NCBI GenBank assembly: GCA_046292385.1
Contig: JBKBRF010000031.1
Span: 1-64,000 of the forward strand
From: Armatimonadota bacterium
Lineage (GTDB): Bacteria; Armatimonadota; SYMT01
Direction of reading: 5' to 3'
DNA: 64,000 nucleotides
Positions within the stretch are counted from its first letter, which is position 1. Every line of letters starts with the position of its first letter. The position numbers and the translations under genes are program-made. Below the pieces are notes generated by a model. It ran no database searches. It was given only the letters and a program-made list of their open reading frames with translations, and was not told the DNA's origin. Shown one piece after another: positions 32,256-42,424 of the stretch.

Positions 32256-32588
32256 CCACAGAGCACACAGAGGACACAGAGAGGGGAACAGAGGGTTTTG
32301 GCCTGCGCCGCTTCACGAGTCCCGTGCTGCGGCCCCGGTCCGAACCGCATCCACCGCAGAGGCCGCGGAGAGCGCAGAGGGCACGCAGAGGAGGGAACCA
32401 GAATTCCGGCCTTGTTCCGCCGAACGAATGCCGTACAGCGGCCCCGGGGTTTGTCTCTTCCGGTCCCTCTGCGCTCTTGGCGTCTTGGCGGTAAGTCCGG
32501 TTCGGTTCCTCTCTGCGTCCTTTGCGTTCTCTGCGGTGAATCCCCGTTCGGTTCCTCTCCGTGCCCTCAGTGTGCTCTGTGGTGAAAT
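32255..32588. repeat. family A repeat, right copy flanking PhyH gene
   Basis: Direct repeat of left copy; internally palindromic. Confidence 0.85.
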
Positions 32589-32601
32589 CACCCGGCTCGC
32601 G

Positions 32602-33732
32602 TCAGGCCCTGGTCCGGCGGACCGCCTCTTCCAGGTGCTCTTCCATCTGGCTGACGATCGCGTCCCAGGTCTTCTCCTGGGCCTTCTCCAGCCCGCGGCG
32701 GGCGCGGTCGCTGTTGTCCTCTGCCAGCGCGGCGCGGACTGCCTGCACGTACTCCTGCGGGGTGCGGGCGATGCGGACGATATCGGCGTAGTTCTCCACC
32801 ACGTCCTTGACGGGGGAGCTCACGACCGGCTTGAGGCCCGCGAAGTACTCCAGCGTCTTGGTGGGGCTCAGGAAGCGGGTCGCCTCGTTGTCCGCGAACG
32901 GGACCAGCGCCACGTCGAACGACTTCAGGTAGCCGGGGAGCTGCGCGTAGGTGCGCTGCCCGACGTAGTGGATGTTGTCCGCTTTCGGAAGCTCGGCCGG
33001 GTCGACCTTGGTGACCGGCCCCACCAGCACGATGGAGCCCTCCGGGAACGCTTCCGAGAGGGCGCGGATCGCGTCGTAGTCCATCCGCTCGTCGATCACG
33101 CCGTAGTAGCCGATGACCGGGTGCGGGAGGTTGCGGACGTCTTCCGGGATCTCGGTCTCTTCCTGCGTCGCCTGCTGGAAGTGGCTCACGTCGACGCCCG
33201 AGTCGAAGCGGTGGCAGTTGCCGTGGTGCTGGCGCTTGTTGAGCCACATGCTGAGCCCGCCGGTGAACATCACGTCGGCCTGCCCCATCAGCTGCCGCTC
33301 GCATTCCACCAGGGCCGGCGGCGCGCCCCGGAACGCGGAGAGCTCGTCCATGCAGTCGTAGACGACGGTGTGACTGTCGCTCAGGTCGGCGAGGTAGATC
33401 GCCATCGGGGCGTAGTGCCAGCGGATGCCGCCGCCGAAGCCGCGGTCCCGGATGATGGGCGCCACCAGGTCGCGGATGAGCTGCTGGTTCGTCGCGGAGA
33501 CCTGCGGCAGGTGCTCCTCCTGGTGCGGCACCCACGGCTGGACGATCGTGATCCCGTCCTGCTCGCGCACGTCCACGCGCGGCGTCTCGCCCGGCTGCAG
33601 GTGGGGGAACGGCTCCTCGATGAAGAGGATGCGGCGCCGGGCGGCCATCCGCGAGAGGATCTGCTGCGGGCGCTGCCAGACTCCGTCCCACCGGAGGTGG
33701 CAGTGGACGACCATCGGATCGGTTTCAGTCAA
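32602..33732 (-). CDS. GT-B glycosyltransferase (GT4-like)
   Basis: HLRWDGVWQRPQ, VYDCMDELSAF, GYYGVIDER, SPTKTLEY; TTG start with AGGAG SD. Confidence 0.85.
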   Translation of the reverse strand: MTETDPMVVHCHLRWDGVWQRPQQILSRMAARRRILFIEEPFPHLQPGETPRVDVREQDGITIVQPWVPHQEEHLPQVSATNQQLIRDLVAPIIRDRGFGGGIRWHYAPMAIYLADLSDSHTVVYDCMDELSAFRGAPPALVECERQLMGQADVMFTGGLSMWLNKRQHHGNCHRFDSGVDVSHFQQATQEETEIPEDVRNLPHPVIGYYGVIDERMDYDAIRALSEAFPEGSIVLVGPVTKVDPAELPKADNIHYVGQRTYAQLPGYLKSFDVALVPFADNEATRFLSPTKTLEYFAGLKPVVSSPVKDVVENYADIVRIARTPQEYVQAVRAALAEDNSDRARRGLEKAQEKTWDAIVSQMEEHLEEAVRRTRA

Positions 33733-33951
33733 CGTCTTACTCCTTGATTCACTGAATTCACGGCACGCCAAAGGGGGGCCCGCCCCACTCCGGCAGGCGC
33801 GGAGACGCACCTCCGGCGGCGGTAGGGTGAGCGGGCGCAGGTCCGTTCTACCCACCTCAAGGCTTGCTCCCAAACCAGTCGGACTATCCGCCCTCCGCTT
33901 GCGCTCGCTATCTGGGCGATGTAGTATGGGCCTCCCCTGCGAGGAACACCC

Positions 33952-35430
33952 GTGAGCGACTCCGCGTTCCGAAAAGTCCCCTCTCTACGCGACGCCCGGG
34001 CGTTCCGCGAGCACGCAGCATCGCTCGGACTCGAGCTCCCGTGTGACGACGAGATCCTGCCGGCGCCGGCCTCGCCGCTCGCTTCCCCGCTGCGGTGCGG
34101 ATCCCTCACGATCGGCAACCGCTGGTGCATCCAGCCGATGGAGGGCTGGGACGGCACGACGGATGGACGCCCGAGCGAGCTCACGATCCGCCGCTGGCGG
34201 CGCTTCGGGGAGAGCGGGGCGAAGCTGATCTGGGGCGGGGAGGCGGTCGCCGTAGTGCCGGAAGGCCGAGCGAACCCGAACCAGCTCCTGATCCACGAGT
34301 CGACGGTGGACGACCTCGCCGGGCTGCGCCGCACCCTGGTCCAGGCGCACCAGGAGACGAGCGGCGACACGAGCGACCTGGTAGTCGGCCTGCAGCTCAC
34401 CCACTCCGGGCGCTTCTGCCGGCCGAACCGGAAGGACCGGCCGGAGCCGCGCATCCTCTTCCGTCACCCGCTGCTCGATCGGCGGCTCGGCCTCGGAGAC
34501 GACTACCCGGTCCTGACCGACGCCGAGATCGAGGAGCTCATTCGGGCTTACGTCCGCGCCGCGGTGCTGGCACGGCAGGCGGGCTTCCAGTTCGTCGACC
34601 TCAAGCACTGTCACGGCTACCTGGGCCACGAGCTCCTCGGCGCCCACACCCGGCCGGGGCCGTATGGCGGCTCGTTCGAGAACCGGACCCGCTTCCTGCG
34701 CGAAATCGTGGCCGGTATCCGCGAGGAGGCGTCGGAGCTGGAGCTCGGGGTGCGGCTCTCCGCTTTCGACTTCGTCCCGTTCCGCCCCGATCCGGAGCGG
34801 ACGCAGCCCGGCCGCATGGGTCCCGGCATCCCCGAAGCGTACGACGAGGCGCTCCCCTATCGCTACGGCTTCGGCGTCGACGCGGAGACGCCGGTGCAGC
34901 CCGATCTGACGGAGACGGTCCGCTTCCTCGCGCTGCTGCGCGACCTCGGCATCCGCCTGGTGAACCTGACGGCGGGAAGCCCGTACTACAACCCGCACAT
35001 TCAGCGGCCCGCCATCTACCCGCCCTCCGATGGTTACCAGCCGCCGGAAGACCCGCTGGTTGGCTGCGCCCGCCAGATCGGCGTAGTGCGGGATCTGAAG
35101 CGCCGGTTCCCCGAGCTGCTGCTGGTCGGCACCGCCTACACCTACCTGCAAGAGTTCCTGCCGCACGTGGCGCAGGCGGTGGTGCGAGAGGGCTGGGTCG
35201 ACGCGGTCGGCCTGGGGCGGATGGTCCTCTCCTATCCGGAGCTGCCCCGGGACACGCTCACCCGCGGCGAGATGCAGTCGAAGCTGATCTGCCGCACCTT
35301 CAGCGACTGCACCACCGCCCCGAGGAACGGCATGGTCTCCGGCTGCTACCCGCTCGACCCGTTCTATAAGGAGAGCCCCCTGCGCCGCGAGCTGCAGCAG
35401 ATCAAGCAGGGAAAAAACGTTTCGGGGTGA
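33952..35430 (+). CDS. NADH:flavin oxidoreductase (Old Yellow Enzyme family)
   Basis: [40 protein letters not shown]. Confidence 0.88.
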   Translation: MSDSAFRKVPSLRDARAFREHAASLGLELPCDDEILPAPASPLASPLRCGSLTIGNRWCIQPMEGWDGTTDGRPSELTIRRWRRFGESGAKLIWGGEAVAVVPEGRANPNQLLIHESTVDDLAGLRRTLVQAHQETSGDTSDLVVGLQLTHSGRFCRPNRKDRPEPRILFRHPLLDRRLGLGDDYPVLTDAEIEELIRAYVRAAVLARQAGFQFVDLKHCHGYLGHELLGAHTRPGPYGGSFENRTRFLREIVAGIREEASELELGVRLSAFDFVPFRPDPERTQPGRMGPGIPEAYDEALPYRYGFGVDAETPVQPDLTETVRFLALLRDLGIRLVNLTAGSPYYNPHIQRPAIYPPSDGYQPPEDPLVGCARQIGVVRDLKRRFPELLLVGTAYTYLQEFLPHVAQAVVREGWVDAVGLGRMVLSYPELPRDTLTRGEMQSKLICRTFSDCTTAPRNGMVSGCYPLDPFYKESPLRRELQQIKQGKNVSG

Positions 35431-35498
35431 GTGGGAGACGTTCGTAGACGGAGGGACGGAGCCGCCACCCTTTCCGGGGGTGTGCCGGAGCCCGGGGG

Positions 35499-35590
35499 TC
35501 GCCAGCGAGCAAGAGCAAGAGTAGGACCTCCCGTGCACGGAGGGTTCGGCTTTAGCCTTTTGCCTTTAAGGGTCCCTCATCGTTCATCCC
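35499..35590. repeat. intergenic repeat family B
   Basis: gagcaagagcaagag-ggacctcccgtgcacggagggttc-ctttagcc-ccctcatcgttcatcc. Confidence 0.75.
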
Positions 35591-35697
35591 TAGAAGTCCG
35601 CCCCGAAGCCGACTCCAGATTCGCCCGCCGCCGCCTGACATGAGAGTCGGGCGGTCCCGCCCGTCCAGTCCCGTCCCGATCCCGAGGAGTACCCCCG

Positions 35698-37107
35698 ATG
35701 ACGATGAGCTTGCTGAGCGACCACTTACCGCCCCAGTCTCTTGACGCGGAGCAAGCCACCCTCGGCGCGGCGCTGATCAGCCGGAACGCGGTGGAGCGGG
35801 CGCTGGAGATGCTGGAGCGGGAGGACTTCTACCTCGAGGCGCACCGCAAGATCTTCGACGTGATCGCCTACCTCTCCGAGCGGGACGATCCGGTCGACGA
35901 AGTGACCGTCACCGAGGAGCTGCGGCGCCGGGACCAGCTGGAGCAGATCGGCGGCATCGCCTACATCAACCGGCTGCAGGAATCGGTGCCCACCGCCGCC
36001 CACGTGGAGTACTACGCGCGGACGGTGGGGCAGAAGTCGACCCTCCGCAAGCTGATCGACGCCTCCAACGAGATCATCGGGAAGGCGCACGACCAGGAGG
36101 AAGAGGTCGACCACATTGTCGACCACGCGGAGCGGCTCATCTTCGCCGTCGCCCAGCGCCGGGTGAACCAGGGCTTCACGCACATCCGCCCGGTGGTGTT
36201 CGAGACGCTGGAGCACCTGGAGACGGTCCGCGCCAACGACAGCCGGATCACCGGCATCCCGACCGGCTTCACTCCGCTGGACCAGATGACCTCCGGCCTG
36301 CAGCGCGGCGACCTGGTGATCGTGGCGGGACGCCCCTCGATGGGTAAGACCTCTCTCGCGCTCGCCTTCGGGTTGAACGCCGCCTCGCTCGCCGACACGC
36401 CGGTCGCCGTCTTCAGCCTCGAAATGTCGAAGGAGCAGCTCGCGCACCGCCTGATCTGCTCCGAGGGGAAGGTCGACGGCATGCGGCTCAAGACCGGCTT
36501 CCTCCGCACCAGCGTGGACGACGACGAGAGCGACTACATCCGCCTGGGCCGCGCCTGCGGCCGCCTGGGCGACCTGCCGATCTACATCGACGACGCCTCC
36601 GACATCTCGGTGCTCGACATGCGCGCCAAGTGCCGCCGCCTGAAGAGCGAGCACGGCCTGGGGATGGTGCTGGTCGATTACCTGCAGCTCATCCGCGGCC
36701 ACGGCAAGCCGGAGAACCGCAACCAGGAGATCTCGGTGATCGCCCGCTCCCTCAAGAGTATGGCGCGCGAGCTCGACGTGCCGGTGGTAGCACTCTCCCA
36801 GCTCTCCCGAGGCGTGGAGCGCCGCGAGGACAAGCGCCCGATGCTCTCCGACCTCCGGGAGTCCGGCTCGATCGAGGCAGAAGCCGATATCGTGATGATG
36901 CTCTACCGCTCCCGCTACTACAACCGCGGCGAGGACGGCGACGGCATGGCGGAGCCGCCCCCCGGCCAGGAGTGGCTGGAGGAGACGGAGCTGATCGTCG
37001 CCAAGCACCGAAACGGCCCCGTCGGCACCGTCCGCCTCGGCTTCCTGCGCCGCTACGCCCGCTTCGAGGACCTGGCGATGGAGGGCTACGAGCCGCTCGA
37101 CAACTGA
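35698..37107 (+). CDS. dnaB: replicative DNA helicase
   Basis: PPQSLDAEQ, GRPSMGKT, FSLEMS, VDYLQL, LSQLSR, RPMLSDLRESGSIE, KHRNGP. Confidence 0.98.
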   Translation: MTMSLLSDHLPPQSLDAEQATLGAALISRNAVERALEMLEREDFYLEAHRKIFDVIAYLSERDDPVDEVTVTEELRRRDQLEQIGGIAYINRLQESVPTAAHVEYYARTVGQKSTLRKLIDASNEIIGKAHDQEEEVDHIVDHAERLIFAVAQRRVNQGFTHIRPVVFETLEHLETVRANDSRITGIPTGFTPLDQMTSGLQRGDLVIVAGRPSMGKTSLALAFGLNAASLADTPVAVFSLEMSKEQLAHRLICSEGKVDGMRLKTGFLRTSVDDDESDYIRLGRACGRLGDLPIYIDDASDISVLDMRAKCRRLKSEHGLGMVLVDYLQLIRGHGKPENRNQEISVIARSLKSMARELDVPVVALSQLSRGVERREDKRPMLSDLRESGSIEAEADIVMMLYRSRYYNRGEDGDGMAEPPPGQEWLEETELIVAKHRNGPVGTVRLGFLRRYARFEDLAMEGYEPLDN

Positions 37108-37492
37108 GACGGAGAGACAGAGGGAAGGGGAGACGGCGAGAGCTACCACCGGATGGCGGGGTGGCCCCGCGCCGAAGGGCGGTTAGGATCCCCTCTGTCC
37201 CTCTGCCTCTCCGTCTCTCTATCTCCGAGGGTCTCTGTCGCGATTCCCGGGAATCGCATGCCGGCCCCTACATCTCCCGGGGCTCCACGCCTGCGGCGGC
37301 TCTCTTAGCGCCGCCTTAACACGATCTTTTTCGCACCGGTCGCTCCGGAACGGAATCCGGTGCAGTAACCGAGCCCGGATCGGTCAAAAACAGACCGGGC
37401 TCGGACCCCCGCTCGCTTGCTCGCTGAATGAACTGCCCCTTCCATAGGCCGTCCCGGCTCCGCTCTCTCTACCCGCCGGGACCGCTCTCCCC

Positions 37493-37799
37493 CGTCTCGC
37501 CTGACACTCCCCCGCCGCTCGTCTCGATTGACATGCCGGAATCGTGGCTCAGTGGGCCTGCGCCGCGCACTCGTCTCGATTCACACACGAATCCAGACTC
37601 CGACTCCCGATTCCGCGGAATCCGGGGTGTCAGCCGGGACGAGGAGGGCCGGACCGGGGGCCGGGATGTCAATCGAGACGGGGGGTATGGCAGCCGGGAC
37701 GAAGCCGGATGTCAGGCGAGGCGGGCCGGCGTGTCAGGTGAGACGAGAATCCTGAATCGCCGGTGTCACCCGGAACGGGCGCCGATGTCAGGCGGGACG
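37493..37799. repeat. iteron-like array, ten 14-bp units TGTCA-NNN-GRGACG (putative replication origin)
   Basis: Minus-sense units at 37493, 37520, 37572; plus-sense units at 37628, 37667, 37688, 37710, 37732, 37764, 37786. Confidence 0.85.
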
Positions 37800-37944
37800 G
37801 CTCGACCCCACGGATTCATTGATTCCCAGGCACGAAAATCGCTCCGGCGCCTCCCCTGGAAAGAAGCTGAGAACAGTGACTGCTTTGGAACCACAGAGAA
37901 CGTCTGCGCGGCGCGCAGCGAAAACGGCGGCAGAGGTTGTAGCA

Positions 37945-39288
37945 ATGGACTTTGAGGACGATCCAATCCCTGCGGCTCCCGGTCCCCGGATCGGGCGCGA
38001 TGAGCTGAACCTGGCGGAGTTCCCGTTCGCGCTGCTGGCGACGCGGCCCGGCAAGTCGCAGGAACAGCGGCTGGTCTTCCAGGATGGCGCCAAGGAGTGG
38101 GTGGTCGAGGGCAGCAGCACCTACGGTCTGCCGAACGCGGTCGACGTGCAGGTCTACGTAGTGCTGATGGAGATCACCAAGGAGCAGGGCTTTCCGGCGG
38201 GGGTCTACTTCAATCGCAGCAACATCGTGAAGCGCCTCGGCTGGGTCCACAGCGGCGCCTCCTACGAGCGGCTGATCCTTTCCCTGGATCGCCTGGTCGG
38301 CGTCACGATCCGCACCAAGAACGCTTTCTACGACGCCCGGCAGCGGCGGTGGACCACCCAGGAGGCGTTCCACATCCTGGAGAGCTACAAGATCGCCGAC
38401 CTCTCCCAGCCGAACGCGCACCAGACCTCCCTCTTCCCGAGCTGGATCCGGTGGAGCCAGGAGCTGTACGCCAACATGCAGGCGGGCTACATCAAGTCGC
38501 TCGACGTCGACCTCTTCCTCTCGCTCCGCAGCTCCATCTCGCAGGCGCTCTACCGCTACCTCGACGCCAAGCGGTACGACGGCAAGCCGTGCTACCGGAT
38601 CGGGCTGAAGAAGCTCGCGTTCGAGCACCTGGGGATGTCGCGCAGCTACTACGCCTCCGACATCAAGCGGAAGCTGCGGCCCGCGCACGAAGAGCTGATC
38701 GAGTGCGGCTTCCTCGCCGGGGCGGAGTACGCGCCGATGAAGAGCGGCGAGGAGATGGTCGTCTTCCAGTTCCCCACCCGCGCCGCCCGAGAGGCCGCGA
38801 AGCCGCTCCCCGAAACGGAAGATCCGCTGCTGGCGCGGCTGCAGGAAGCGGGGGTCTCCCGCGTCACGGCGGCGAGCCTGCTGGGGACAAGCGCGGAGGA
38901 GTGCGCGCGCCAGCTCGACTTCCTCCCCTACCGGGACGCCCGGGATCCCGGCGCCGTGCTGGTGAAATCGATCCGAGAGGCGTGGGCGGCCCCGCCGGGA
39001 TGGCTGCAGGCGCAGGAGCGCCGCCGGGCGGAAGAAGAGGAGCGCCGGCGCCGGACCGAGGCGGTGGAGCGCCAGGTGAAGCAGTCGGCCGCCGAAGCGG
39101 AGTTCGAGGCGTTCTGGGCCGCCCTGCCCGTCGAGCGGCGCGAGGAGCTGGAAGCGGCCGCGATGCGCGAGCTGCGGCGCGAGAACCGCGTGGTCGCCGA
39201 GTTCGCGACGAAGCACCCGGACAGCCCCGTCTATCGCGGCGCCGTGCGCCCCCTGTTGAAGAAGCTCTCCGGCTGGAAGGCGTCTTGA
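37945..39288 (+). CDS. plasmid-type replication initiator protein (RPA/RepA-like)
   Basis: GRDELNLAEFPF, GLP...D..VY..LM, wHTH-like IVKRLGW..SG..Y.RL..SL.RL, ALYRYLDAKR; C-terminal DPGAVLVKSIRE.W..P; GAGGT SD before ATG 37945. Confidence 0.8.
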   Translation: MDFEDDPIPAAPGPRIGRDELNLAEFPFALLATRPGKSQEQRLVFQDGAKEWVVEGSSTYGLPNAVDVQVYVVLMEITKEQGFPAGVYFNRSNIVKRLGWVHSGASYERLILSLDRLVGVTIRTKNAFYDARQRRWTTQEAFHILESYKIADLSQPNAHQTSLFPSWIRWSQELYANMQAGYIKSLDVDLFLSLRSSISQALYRYLDAKRYDGKPCYRIGLKKLAFEHLGMSRSYYASDIKRKLRPAHEELIECGFLAGAEYAPMKSGEEMVVFQFPTRAAREAAKPLPETEDPLLARLQEAGVSRVTAASLLGTSAEECARQLDFLPYRDARDPGAVLVKSIREAWAAPPGWLQAQERRRAEEEERRRRTEAVERQVKQSAAEAEFEAFWAALPVERREELEAAAMRELRRENRVVAEFATKHPDSPVYRGAVRPLLKKLSGWKAS

Positions 39289-39311
39289 TCCTATGCCGGT
39301 AGGATAGAGGC

Positions 39312-39680
39312 ATGAGCGAGGAGGAGTTCGAAGAGCTGGTGATGGAGGCGCTGGAGGGGCTGCCGCGGCAGTTCAAGCGCTACATGCAGAACGTCCAGGT
39401 GGTGGTCCAGCCCTACCCCACGCGAGAGCAGCTTCGGGCGGTGCGGGCGGCGTCCGGACACACGCTGCTCGGGCTTTACCACGGGGTGCCGCTGACCCAG
39501 CGCAGCACCACCACGCCGCCGTTGATGCCGGACGTGATCACGCTTTTCCGCGAGCCGCTGCTGCGCTTCTGCGCGACCCCGGAAGAGCTGCGAGAGCAGG
39601 TGCGGCACACCGTAATCCACGAGATCGCCCACTTCTTCGGGATCAGCGACGACCGCCTTCGCGAGCTCGGCGCGTACTGA
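39312..39680 (+). CDS. minimal zincin metallopeptidase (Zincin_1/DUF1025)
   Basis: LLGLYHGVPL, PDVITLFR, HEIAHFFGISD. Confidence 0.88.
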   Translation: MSEEEFEELVMEALEGLPRQFKRYMQNVQVVVQPYPTREQLRAVRAASGHTLLGLYHGVPLTQRSTTTPPLMPDVITLFREPLLRFCATPEELREQVRHTVIHEIAHFFGISDDRLRELGAY

Positions 39681-39742
39681 TCGGTGTGACTGCCGCGGCG
39701 CCGGGGAAGCTTAGTCCCGTGGATGGCTGGAGGACCACGCGG

Positions 39743-40180
39743 ATGGCGGTGGTGACCTGTGAAGCGTGCGGAGCGAAGAACCGGGTCGACCCGGAGCGGG
39801 CGGCGGCGGCGCAGCCTACCTGCGGCCGGTGCGGGACGGAGCTGCGGAGGGCGGAGGGGCCGGTGACGGTGACCGACGCGACCTTCGACCGGATCATACG
39901 CGGCGGTGGGTCGCGGCCGGTGCTGCTCGACTGCTGGGCGCCGTGGTGCGGTCCCTGCCGCATGCTGGCGCCGGAGCTGGACCGGCTGGCGGCGCAGTCC
40001 GGGGGCCGCTTCGTGGTGGCCAAGCTGAACGTGGACGAGAACCCGCGGACGGCGGAGGCGCTGCAGGTGCGGAGCATCCCGGCGCTCTTCATCTTCAAGC
40101 ACGGCAGCGTGGTGGAGCAGCTCACCGGCGCGCAGCCGGCCTCTGCGCTCGCCGCGAAGCTCCAGGCCCATCTCGATTGA
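39743..40180 (+). CDS. trxC: thioredoxin 2 with N-terminal Zn finger
   Basis: CxxC..CxxC plus WCGPC. Confidence 0.88.
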   Translation: MAVVTCEACGAKNRVDPERAAAAQPTCGRCGTELRRAEGPVTVTDATFDRIIRGGGSRPVLLDCWAPWCGPCRMLAPELDRLAAQSGGRFVVAKLNVDENPRTAEALQVRSIPALFIFKHGSVVEQLTGAQPASALAAKLQAHLD

Positions 40181-40198
40181 CGAGGACGCACCAGGAAC

Positions 40199-40234
40199 GC
40201 CGAAGGGCCGCCCCGTGAGAGGCGGCCCTTCGGC
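40199..40234. terminator. hairpin between convergent genes (bidirectional terminator)
   Basis: 14-bp stem gccgaagggccgcc/ggcggcccttcggc. Confidence 0.6.
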
Positions 40235-40258
40235 TGGGAAACCGGTGTGTCGAAGCGA

Positions 40259-40726
40259 CTAGTGGCCTTCGCCCGGCGGGTGATTGTGGCCCTCGTGGCC
40301 CGTCTCGCCCCCGGTCGCCGCGCCTGCGCCGCCGAGCGTGCGGATGTGCGCGATGACTGCGGTGATCTCCTCCTCCGAGAGCTGATCCTTGAAGGCCGGC
40401 ATCTTCTTGTCTTCGGAGCCGTTCTCGATGATCTCCCGGAGCTTGTCCTCACCCGTGGTGGCGGTATGGGTCAGCTCCGGACCGGAGCCTTCCACACCCG
40501 AGCCCGCCTCTCCGTGGCAGCCCTGGCAGGCGCGGGCGTAGACTACAGCGCCATCCGCGGCGCCCGCTTCCGCGCCGTTGGTGCCGGCCGAGTTCATGCC
40601 GGCCTCGTTGCCGCCGGCAGGTCCGCCAGGAGTGGAGTCTCCTTCGGGCGGGTTGTTGCACCCCGCCGCTACCGACAGCGCAACCAGCGCTCCGGCAAGC
40701 AGGGTCCATCTCGTTGTGCTCTTCAC
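40259..40726 (-). CDS. lipoprotein monoheme cytochrome c with His-rich tail
   Basis: Lipobox VAAGC, CQGCH, MPAF, tail GHEGHNHPPGEGH. Confidence 0.85.
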   Translation of the reverse strand: MKSTTRWTLLAGALVALSVAAGCNNPPEGDSTPGGPAGGNEAGMNSAGTNGAEAGAADGAVVYARACQGCHGEAGSGVEGSGPELTHTATTGEDKLREIIENGSEDKKMPAFKDQLSEEEITAVIAHIRTLGGAGAATGGETGHEGHNHPPGEGH

Positions 40727-40893
40727 TGGTGGGTCCTTTCCAATTCGCTTCCTGCCGGGCTGGCAGGGGCGCCGCTGGGCGCCGGGCGAGCAGCCGATGA
40801 TCCAACAAGAAAACGGGAAGGGGGTGGATTCGGGTTCCCCTTCCCGAGTGATCCTACCACCCCTCGCCTGCTCCCTAACCGTAGACTCCGGCG

Positions 40894-42072
40894 TTACGCT
40901 GCCCTGGCTGCCTCGCCGGCTTCCGTCTCTGGCAGCTCCGCGCCCGTTCCGCGGGCCGTCTCCTGGATTGCGAAGGCGATGGTGTCGAGCAGCTCGTTCC
41001 GGCGCCAGAAGACCTCCCGCTGCCGCATCGCTCCGTTGCCATGCTTCAGGGTGCGGCGCACCAGGCCGGAAACCTGCTCCCAATCCCCCTCCGCCTCCAG
41101 GCCGGGCCGCACCCGCTCCAGCAGCTGCTCGACCAGGTCGACCGCCAGCACGCGCCGGCAGTGCTCCACGTCGAACAGCTCGCTGGTGAGCCCATAACGG
41201 GCCGCCATCCACATGGAGGCCTTCAACAGCTCGGGGCGAGCCTTCCGGTACGGCGCTCCCGCGCGGGCCTCCTCCAGGCAGACACGGGTGAGGCCGCGGA
41301 TCAGTCCCGCGATCATCACGGCGTCGTCCACGCCGAGGCAGACGTCGGTGACGCGGAACTCGACGGTTGGCAGCCGCGCCGGCAGCCGGATGTCCCAGTA
41401 GATCTTGCTCGGATCGTCGATCACCCTGGTGGCGACCAGCCCCTCGATCAGGGACTCGTAGTCTTCCCGGTCCTCGAACGGCTGCGGCGGACCGGAGAGC
41501 GGCCACTGGCCCCAGAGCTCCGTCCGGAAGCTGGCGTAGCCGGTGTCCTCTCCCCGGTAGAACGGGGAGTTGGCGGAGAGCGCCAGCAGCGGCGCCAGCC
41601 AGAGACGGGCGCGGTTGAGCACCTCGATCCCGAGGCCGGGATCCGGCAGTCCCACGTGGACGTGGCAGCCGAAGATGATGAGGTCCCGGGCCAGGTGCTG
41701 GTAATCCGCCGCCAGCTTCTGATAGCGCTCGCGCGGCGTGATCATCTGGTGCTCCGGGCGGGAAAACGGATGGGTGCCCGCCGCGATGATCCGGGTACCG
41801 TCCCGTCCCGCCGCCTCGATGAGGCCGCGCCGGTGGCGCGCCACCTCCGCCCGCACGTCGTCCAGCGTCTCGCAGACCGGCGTGGCAGACTCCACCTGGG
41901 AGAGGTGCAGCTCGGTTGTTACCTGCTCCCCCAGCTCCCGCCGCGCGTCCCGCAGCACGCGGCTGGCCCGGCTCCGGAGCTCTCCCGTCTCCGGGTCTAC
42001 GATCTGGTACTCCTCCTCCACCCCCAGCGTCAGCCGCCCCGGCAGCTCCCTCTCCTCCGCGTCTCCTGCCAT
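40894..42072 (-). CDS. carboxylate-amine ligase (YbdK/GCS2 family)
   Basis: TLGVEEEYQ, GCHVHVG, SANSPF, YWDIR, TVEFRVTD, AARYG. Confidence 0.9.
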   Translation of the reverse strand: MAGDAEERELPGRLTLGVEEEYQIVDPETGELRSRASRVLRDARRELGEQVTTELHLSQVESATPVCETLDDVRAEVARHRRGLIEAAGRDGTRIIAAGTHPFSRPEHQMITPRERYQKLAADYQHLARDLIIFGCHVHVGLPDPGLGIEVLNRARLWLAPLLALSANSPFYRGEDTGYASFRTELWGQWPLSGPPQPFEDREDYESLIEGLVATRVIDDPSKIYWDIRLPARLPTVEFRVTDVCLGVDDAVMIAGLIRGLTRVCLEEARAGAPYRKARPELLKASMWMAARYGLTSELFDVEHCRRVLAVDLVEQLLERVRPGLEAEGDWEQVSGLVRRTLKHGNGAMRQREVFWRRNELLDTIAFAIQETARGTGAELPETEAGEAARAA

Positions 42073-42424
42073 CTCTGTGTTCCGTGCTCCTCTTCCGGTT
42101 CGTATGGCCACGGTCGCGCCGCGCCCGTGGCATCCGGAATGTTCCCAGAGACTGCCTGCCTTACGCGTTCCCATGCAAAGCCCCTCGGGAGACGGGTGCC
42201 CGCCCCGTTGGCGGGAGGAGATCGGGGCTCGTTCGGGAACTGATAGGGCGGCTCAGTTCGGAACTCTCTTGGAAGAGCTTCCGTTAGAAAGAGTGCATGT
42301 GGCGTCCACATGCGCACCTACTCTCTCCGCAGGCGGAAACGCACGCGGAGACCTCCCGGCCCCCGTGCCGCGGACCGCCCCGAGGACCACGCAGTTGCAG
42401 AGCAAATACGGTGGAGCAATCAGC

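Noticed and set aside
35632..35640. Extra iteron (cgcctgaca) in the dnaB promoter
   Set aside because: Only one half-site matches; could be chance or a -35 element
35698..37107. Intein in DnaB
   Set aside because: Normal length (469 aa) with no intein motifs; only a short acidic insertion
37493..37799. CRISPR array
   Set aside because: Units are only 14 bp, degenerate, in both orientations, with gaps mostly 7-25 bp; no cas genes
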